In this document: in pieces, positions 57,231-64,000 of the stretch
How positions within the stretch are numbered: position 1 is the stretch's first letter
How the letters are laid out: the number at the start of each line of letters is the position of its first letter
Origin: the human T2T-CHM13v2.0 reference genome, Homo sapiens
Assembly: GCF_009914755.1 (NCBI RefSeq)
Contig: NC_060942.1
Strand: one strand, 5' to 3'
DNA length: 64,000 nt
Program-made: the position numbers and the translations under genes
Notes under the pieces: model-generated
Told to the model about the DNA's origin: nothing
Databases searched by the model: none
What the model saw: the letters and a program-made list of their open reading frames with translations, nothing else

Positions 57231-57924
57231 CCACCCCCAACCCAAACACCGAGTGTGCGTGCGCATGCGTGGAGCTGGGGTTGTGTGTGATGCATCCCGC
57301 GTGTCACTTCTGCTAAAGCACAAATCCTCTGCCCTACAAACCATGAAATCAAAGAGGCTGTGAACCTACAAAGCCTGGAGAGGGGAAGCCAGGAGTGGGG
57401 GTCACAAGAGGCTCCCAAGAGAGAAACAGAAGGGGTCATCATCCCCCTCTGCACAGCAGGACCTGGGGACCGGGTGGGCACAAGAGGATGTGTGGTAGGT
57501 AGGGAGGTGGGCTTCGCTGTGTGGAGTGCAGGGATGGCGCATCCTCAGGCTGGAGGGACGCCCAGCAGGAACGAGCGCCCTCTGCTCTCCCCGCTTTCAT
57601 CCCACCATCTTCTGGAACACACTGGGGCCCTGCGTGTGCACTCAGTGGTCACAGAAGCCATGCATGACCAGGACAGCCCAGGATGTTGATTCTATGAAGA
57701 GACCCATGGACAAAGTTCAGAATTCCCTGGAAGGCTGCCCTGTGCTCCACAAAGAAAGAGCTCAAGTGTCTCTCCAAGGCCTGTAAGCAAGAACTCCCAG
57801 TTCCAGCTTCAAACCTCTACGTCAGTGCCAGTTAGGTCATGAGGCAATGACAAGATGGCACCAGGAAACTGGGTTAATCTCTGACTTCTCCAAACCGATA
57901 CTTAGATGGACATTAGATAGATTC

Positions 57925-58208
57925 TTTTCTTTCTTTTTTTGAGACAGGGTCTCTCTCTGTTGGCCAGACTGGAGGACAGCTCACTGCAGCCTCGAATTCC
58001 TGGGCTTAAGTGATCCTCCTTTCACAGCCTCCCAAGTAGCTAGGACTACAGGTAATGCCCCCACACCTAAGCTAATGTTTCAATTTTTTGTAGAGACGGA
58101 GTCTTGCTGTGTTGCGTTGGTTGGTCTTGAACTCCTGGCCTCAAGTGATCCTCCCACCCCGGCCTCCAAAAGTGCTGGAATTACAGGAGCGGGCCACCGT
58201 GCCCAACC
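57925..58208 (-). mobile_element. Alu (AluJ-like)
   Basis: gagacagggtctctctctg...ctcctggcctcaagtgatcctcccacc...gccaccgtgcccaacc. Confidence 0.88.
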
Positions 58209-58951
58209 TAATTTATTTTCTTTTAGCAACTTTGAACTATGAGCATACTGGGGAGGGAAACCTCTAAGCGGAACTTCTTTCCCGTATGGTTATCCACTCT
58301 CAGGCAATTTTCCTCCATTATTTTGGAGAGAATTTATTCTATAACCCTAAAGACGAGTGCAGTGCTCCTTCACAACACACACGTGAGCTGGGGCTGTAGC
58401 AGGTGGCCTGCCGACCAGCGTCTCCCCAACCCCCACAACATGCACTCAAAGTAAACAACAGCATTAGACAATTAGAAACCTACTTCCAGTCAACCTTACG
58501 CTCACTGAGGCCACTGCAGCACCGCCAGCCACGTCTCCAAAGCAGGCGATGGGAAAGAAGGAAGGAGTCTCCAAAATGAGCACCCCTGAACCTCCCTCAG
58601 ATGCAGCCTGGCCCAGAGACAAACCTCGAGACGGGACTCGGACCCAAAATCCTCCTCCGAGGTCGTTGCAGGGGACAAACCTCCCTGCCTCAGAGACAAC
58701 TCTGGGGAAGAGGCAGCCAACCCACTCGCTCACCTAAAAATCCCTGGCAGGGGCAAAACTAACACCCAGGGACACATGGACCAATGGCTGCCCATGGCCA
58801 GGGCTGGGATGAAGGCCACGGAGCAGGGAGCACCCCGGCTCATGAACACGGGACACCTCAGCATCAGAACTCATCAAATGGACACGAAAGGGGTGTATTT
58901 CATGGAATGCAAATCACACCTCAATAAGGTTGACTTAAAAACTAACAGGCG

Positions 58952-59245
58952 GGCCAGGCGCGGTGGCTCACGCCTGTAATCCCAACACTTTGGGAGGTCA
59001 AGGTGGGTGGATCATGAGGTCAAGGGATCGAGACCATCCTGGTCAACATGGTGAAACCTGGTCTCTACTAAAAATACAAAAATTACCTGGGTATGGTGGC
59101 AGGCACCTGTAGTCCCAGCTACTCAGGAGGCTGAGGCAGGAGAATCACTTGAACCCAGGAGTCAGAGGCTGCAGTGAGCCGAGATTGTACCACTGCACTC
59201 CAGCCTGGCGACAGAGCAAGACTCTGTCTCAAAAAAAAACAAAAC
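58952..59245 (+). mobile_element. Alu (AluSc-like) with 13-bp TSD
   Basis: Dimeric Alu. TSD aaaactaacaggc at 58938-58950 and 59246-59258. Confidence 0.92.
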
Positions 59246-59628
59246 AAAACTAACAGGCAAAGAAGCAGGTACGTGATTACTCAGTGACCAGAGTCAGAAG
59301 CAGAGTTCTTGACACCAGCTGCCTGGACTCCTTCTCTCCACCCCTCCACCAGGCCCTCTTCATAGGAAGAGCAGCAGACACCTTCCAATCTGCCCGGATA
59401 GAGAGGCTGGGATCACCCAGAAGAAAGAAAAATTTCAGACGTTTTTGGCCTTAGAATGCAGCTGTGAGACCTCATTTCCTCTGAAAACTCACCCTCCCAA
59501 TTATGTCTGCCTTCAACAACTGTTAAAATTAATTTCAATTTCCTTAGCCTAATACAAATACAAAGAGGAAGTTGGGGAGAGGAACAAGACAGTCTCCAGA
59601 GAGAGTGACTTCCTATTTAAATAAGGCA

Positions 59629-59945
59629 GGCCAGGCGCCGTGGCTCAGCTTGTAATCCCAGCCCTTTCAGAGGCCCAGTGGGGAGGGATGCTTGAGGCCA
59701 GGAGTTCGAGACCAGCCTGGGCAACAAAGTGAGACAACCCCCCACTCCCCTGTCTCTACAAAAAATACAAAAAAAACAATTAGCCGGGTGTGGTGGTGCG
59801 CCTGTGGTCCCAGCTACTCGGGAGGCTGAGATGGGAGGATCACCTGAGCCCAGGAACGTGGAGACTGCGGTGAGCTGTCATGTCATCATGCACTTCAGCC
59901 TGGACCACAGAGCAAGACCCTCTCTCAAAACAACAAAGAAAAACT
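59629..59945 (+). mobile_element. Alu (AluJ-like)
   Basis: ggccaggcgccgtggctc...ttgaggccaggagttcgagaccagcctgggcaaca...ggatcacctgagcccagg... Confidence 0.88.
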
Positions 59946-60290
59946 ATACAACATGAAAAAGGAGGGCAGGAACGGCTCCTCTCCACAGGCAGGCCTAGGC
60001 CAGTGCCCAGCTGAGAGGTCCCTGCTAAGTACCCATGTGGAACATCATGCAAGGAGGCGGATCTGGAGTTTTTCTCTGAGATTTTGTGCTCCAACCCCAC
60101 CGTTTTTCTGGAAAAATAATCTCACCCTAAGAAGTGACTTGCCTGCAGCCACGTACCCCATCCACGGCAGAGTGGGACGCTGGCCTAGCAGGGAGGTGTG
60201 GACCCTGCTGCTCCCCCGGCCTCAACCAGAAACCCCAAAGGAGAAACCCTCTTCTCCGGGTGCAGCCCAGGAAAGCAAGCCCCCAACTTA

Positions 60291-60593
<303 letters not shown>

Positions 60594-61148
60594 CTGCGGG
60601 GAGCGGGGAGCTGCTCGAGTTCCGCCCAGGGAGGCTGGGGCGGCGCGCACGGACCCGACCCGACCCGCGCCAGCCGCAGGACCCGAGGCAGAGCGGGGGC
60701 GACCGGGGCCCGGGGCGCGCGAGGCGCGGCCCCTGCCTGGGACGGGGGGGTGTCTGGGGGTCCCGAGACGCTCCCGGAGGGGGCTGGGGAGGGGTCCCAG
60801 CGCCGGGGTCGAGGACGGGCGAAGCCCCTGGGGTCACCGCCCGGGTGCGCTTAGCCGGCGGGGGTCCACGCGCGCCCCGGGATGGGGTGGGGGAGGGGGC
60901 GCAGGGCCCAGGATCGGGGCGCACGGTTCGGGGGAGGGTCACAGGGCCTAGCATGAGGGCGCACGGCTCGGGGGAAGGGGGCGCAGGCCCAGGATGGGGG
61001 CGCACGGCTCGCGGGAGGAGGTGCCGGGCCGGGGACCCCACAGGACCAAGCCAGGGGACTGAAGGCCGCGACCAACTGCCCCGGCCCTGCGTCCTCGGCC
61101 GCCCTAGGCCGCCCCCCGAGGACCCCGCGCCGCCCCCGCGCTCCTTAC

Positions 61149-61230
61149 CTGCGCCCCCAGCCCCGCGCCCAGCGCCCCGCGTCCCCGCGCCGCTGACCCG
61201 CGCGCGTCTCGGCGTCAGTCCGCTCAGGCG
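61149..61230 (-). other. SLC66A2: SLC66A2 non-coding exon 1 (TSS approximate)
   Basis: Consensus donor GCAG|gtaagg at 61149/61148, just downstream of the promoter motif cluster. The 5' end is inferred. Confidence 0.7.
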
Positions 61231-61232
61231 CC

Positions 61233-61274
61233 GGGAAACCCCGCCCCGTGACGTCACAATGCCGGGCCCCGCCC
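61233..61274. promoter_or_regulatory. Proximal promoter cluster: kB-like GGGAAACCCC, GC box, full CRE, GC box
   Basis: GGGAAACCCC 61233-61242; CCCCGCCCC 61239-61247; palindrome GTGACGTCAC 61248-61257 (TGACGTCA core); CCCCGCCC 61267-61274. Confidence 0.7.
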
Positions 61275-62039
61275 ACGCCGGAGCTGCGCGGAGGCGCCGC
61301 GGTGTCCTAGAGCGCGCTGGGCAGGGCGGGCGCAGGCGGGGCCGGGAGCCGGGGCTGTCGGGGCGGTGGGGGCGCGTGGCTCCTCCCGCCCGGTCGGGAA
61401 ATACCAGCCGGGCGGGGCCGGTCCCTCAGGCCTGGCGCCCACGTTAACCCGTCTCCAGCTGTCCCGGCGCGCGGCCATCCAAGCGGAGGGCGTCGTCCTG
61501 GAGGGCCGGGGGCGCGGGGTCCGGACGCCCCCCTCACGCGTGTCCTGAATGCGGGCCGCCCGGGGACGAGTCTCGTCCAGCTCTGTCCTGACCCAGGAGA
61601 CCCGGGGACCCGGCTCGGAGTTTGCAGCGCCCGGAGGCGGCCGGGGTCTCGGGAAACGGAGCGCCCCCCGCGGGTCTCCGCTCCGATGCAAGTGCCCCAC
61701 GAGCAGATGCGCCGGCGCCGTCGCCGGGGGGCCGGCTGGACGCGCGGCCGTCACCGTGGCCATTGTCATTATCGTGGTTGCGGCCACGGTCGCTGTCGCT
61801 GCAGAAACGCGGGGCGGCCTCTCCCCATCCCCGTGTAGTTCTCCGGGCTGAACCGTTGGGCGCCTATTTGCAGAAAAGGCAGCTCCTGAGCCTCAAGACA
61901 GACTCGGGGGCCAGGCGTGCGTGAAGCCCGGGCCCTGCTGCCGGCCTCGCGTGCCAAGCCAACTCCGAGCCCCACACCCGCCCGCGGGGAGCTGCCCTCG
62001 CCCGGGACCCTCTTGGCCCGCGCGGGTGAGGACTGAGGG

Positions 62040-63330
62040 CGAGGGGCGCGTGGATGAGGGGCGCGCGGGTGAAGAGTGAGGGGAGCGCGGGTGAAGTGTG
62101 AGGGGAGCGCGGGTGAAGGGTGAGGGGCGCGCGGGTGAAGAGTGAGGGGAGCGCGGGTGAGGGGTGAGGGGCGCGCGGGTGAGGGGTGAGGGGCGCGCGG
62201 GTGAAGAGTGAGGGGCGCGCTGGTGAGGCGTGAGTGATGCGCGAGTGAAGGGTGAGGGGCGCCTGGGTGAGGGGTGAGGGGTGAGGGGCGCGCCGGTGAA
62301 GGGTGAGGGGAGCGCGGGTGAAGGGTGAGGGGCGCGCGGGTGAGGGGTGAGGGGCGCGCGGGTGAGGGGTGAGGGGCGCGCGGGTGAGGGGTGAGGGGAG
62401 CGCGGGTGAGGGGTGAGGGGAGCGCGGGTGAGGGGTGAGGGGAGCGCGGGTGAGGGGTGAGGGGAGCGCGGGTGAGGGGTGAGGGGCGCGCGGGTGAGGG
62501 GTGAGGGGAGCGCGGGTGAGGGGTGAGGGGAGCGCGGGTGAGGGGTGAGGGGAGCGCGGGTGAGGGGTGAGGGGCGCGCGGGTGAGGGGTGAGGGGCGCG
62601 CGGGTGAGGGGTGAGGGGAGCGCGGGTGAGGGGTGAGGGGAGCGCGGGTGAGGGGTGAGGGGAGCGCGGGTGAGGGGTGAGGGGAGCGCGGGTGAGGGGT
62701 GAGGGGAGCGCGGGTGAGGGGTGAGGGGAGCGCGGGTGAGGGGTGAGGGGAGCGCGGGTGAGGGGTGAGGGGAGCGCGGGTGAGGGGTGAGGGGCGCGCG
62801 GGTGAGGGGTGAGGGGAGCGCGGGTGAGGGGTGAGGGGAGCGCGGGTGAGGGGTGAGGGGAGCGCGGGTGAGGGGTGAGGGGCGCGCGGGTGAGGGGTGA
62901 GGGGCGCGCGGGTGAGGGGTGAGGGGAGCGCGGGTGAGGGGTGAGGGGAGCGCGGGTGAGGGGTGAGGGGAGCGCGGGTGAGGGGTGAGGGGAGCGCGGG
63001 TGAGGGGTGAGGGGAGCGCGGGTGAGGGGTGAGGGGAGCGCGGGTGAGGGGTGAGGGGAGCGCGGGTGAGGGGTGAGGGGCGCGCGGGTGAAGTGTGAGG
63101 GGCGCGCGGGTGAAGAGTGAGGGGAGCGTGGGTGAGGGGTGAGGGGCGCGCCGGTGAAGGGTGAGGGGAGCGTGGGTGAGGGGTGAGGCGTGAGTGATGC
63201 GCGAGTGAAGGGTGAGGGGCGCCTGGGTGAGGGGTGAAGGGTGCGCGAGTGATGGGCGGGTGTGTGTAGGGTGAGGGGCGGGCGGGTGAAGTGTGAGGGA
63301 CGCGTGGGTGAGGGGCGCGGGGGTGTGAGG
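62040..63330. repeat. G-rich, CpG-rich VNTR, 22-bp unit (cgcgggtgaggggtgagggg[a/c]g), ~50-55 copies
   Basis: Homogeneous core ~62330-63090 with degenerate flanks. Confidence 0.97.
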
Positions 63331-64000
63331 CGAGGGGTGCACGGGTAAGGGGCGAGCCGCAAGGTTGAGGGGTCCACGCTGAGGGTTGCTTCCCCGCCAG
63401 CCGCGGCCTCTTCTCCACGATCCCGGCCCCCTGCCCCCTGCCCGACTGGTTTTATGGGGGATCATAAGGACAGTCACCACCTAACTAGGAGCAAATCCCC
63501 AACAATCGAGGAAACAGGGCGCTCCTGCCTTGCGCCCCCAGGCTGGCGTTGGGACTTCTTTAGAGCCAGCGCTGCGGAGCCCCAGCACCAGGAACGTAGA
63601 GGTGAGTAAAAGGCACAGCAGGAAGCCTGGGAGAGAAAAAGCAGCTGCCCCTGCTCAGCCGCGCCCTAGCCTGAGCCCAGCAGCCTTTGGGATCATCTGT
63701 CCTCTCTGCCCTGGAGGTTGGAGTAAGCTCCGGACCTCCTTGACCCTCACGGGAGCACTGGGGTCCCAGACGCTATCCTCGCTTATCTTAAATCCAGAGG
63801 CTGTGGAGGCGTGGGGCAAATTGTGCCCGCAGCCTGGGGCCTAGAGCTGCATCTGTGCACGGGGCCTCCAGGAGCCCGGCTCAGTGGACGAAATCTGGCA
63901 TGCTCGGACGTCACCCCACAGGCCTCACGCCTCAGAGGCACCCCGAAAGGTGAGTTGATGACTGCAGAGTGAGTTTGTACCTTTTCGAACACCACCTGCC

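Noticed and set aside
58720-58745. tttttAG|GTGAGC recursive-splice-like motif on the - strand
   Set aside because: Short pyrimidine tract and only a ~7-kb intron; likely chance without junction data.
62040-63330. Interstitial telomere
   Set aside because: No TTAGGG; TGAGGG occurs only within a 22-bp unit.
61769-63480. Three 494-549-aa Pro/His-rich ORFs
   Set aside because: Translations of the 22-bp VNTR C-rich strand in all frames; at least the longest starts at GTG; no coding evidence.

Overview
Primate, almost certainly human, genomic DNA: Alu/L1/LTR-rich, GC-rich and dense in VNTRs. I recognise it as the KCNG2-SLC66A2 (PQLC1) locus, which from memory lies on distal 18q23. The + strand carries the last intron and terminal coding exon of KCNG2 (silent Kv6.2 subunit, 9022-9798). 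The - strand carries the whole SLC66A2/PQLC1 gene: a non-coding exon 1 and five coding exons (203+134+54+217+208 = 816 nt = 271 aa, or 253 aa without the 54-nt cassette exon), with a CpG-island promoter near 61.2 kb and a poly(A) signal at 12415-12420, tail-to-tail with KCNG2. Nearly all other ORFs in the track are repeat or GC artefacts. I found no evidence of a new protein-coding system. The most interesting unexplained structure is non-coding: (i) a ~47-copy array of TCAAGGTCA/AGGTCAAGGTCA nuclear-receptor elements beside the exon 5 acceptor; (ii) a 64-bp repeat that multiplies the exon 3 acceptor; (iii) a 3.6-kb minisatellite built from the L1 ORF2 start; (iv) a G4/CpG VNTR upstream of the promoter; (v) an in-frame alternative KCNG2 acceptor, a 13-codon uORF and an intronic poly(A) signal next to a weak donor. 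Repeat family names are recalled from consensus sequences and were not computed; repeat boundaries and copy numbers are approximate.
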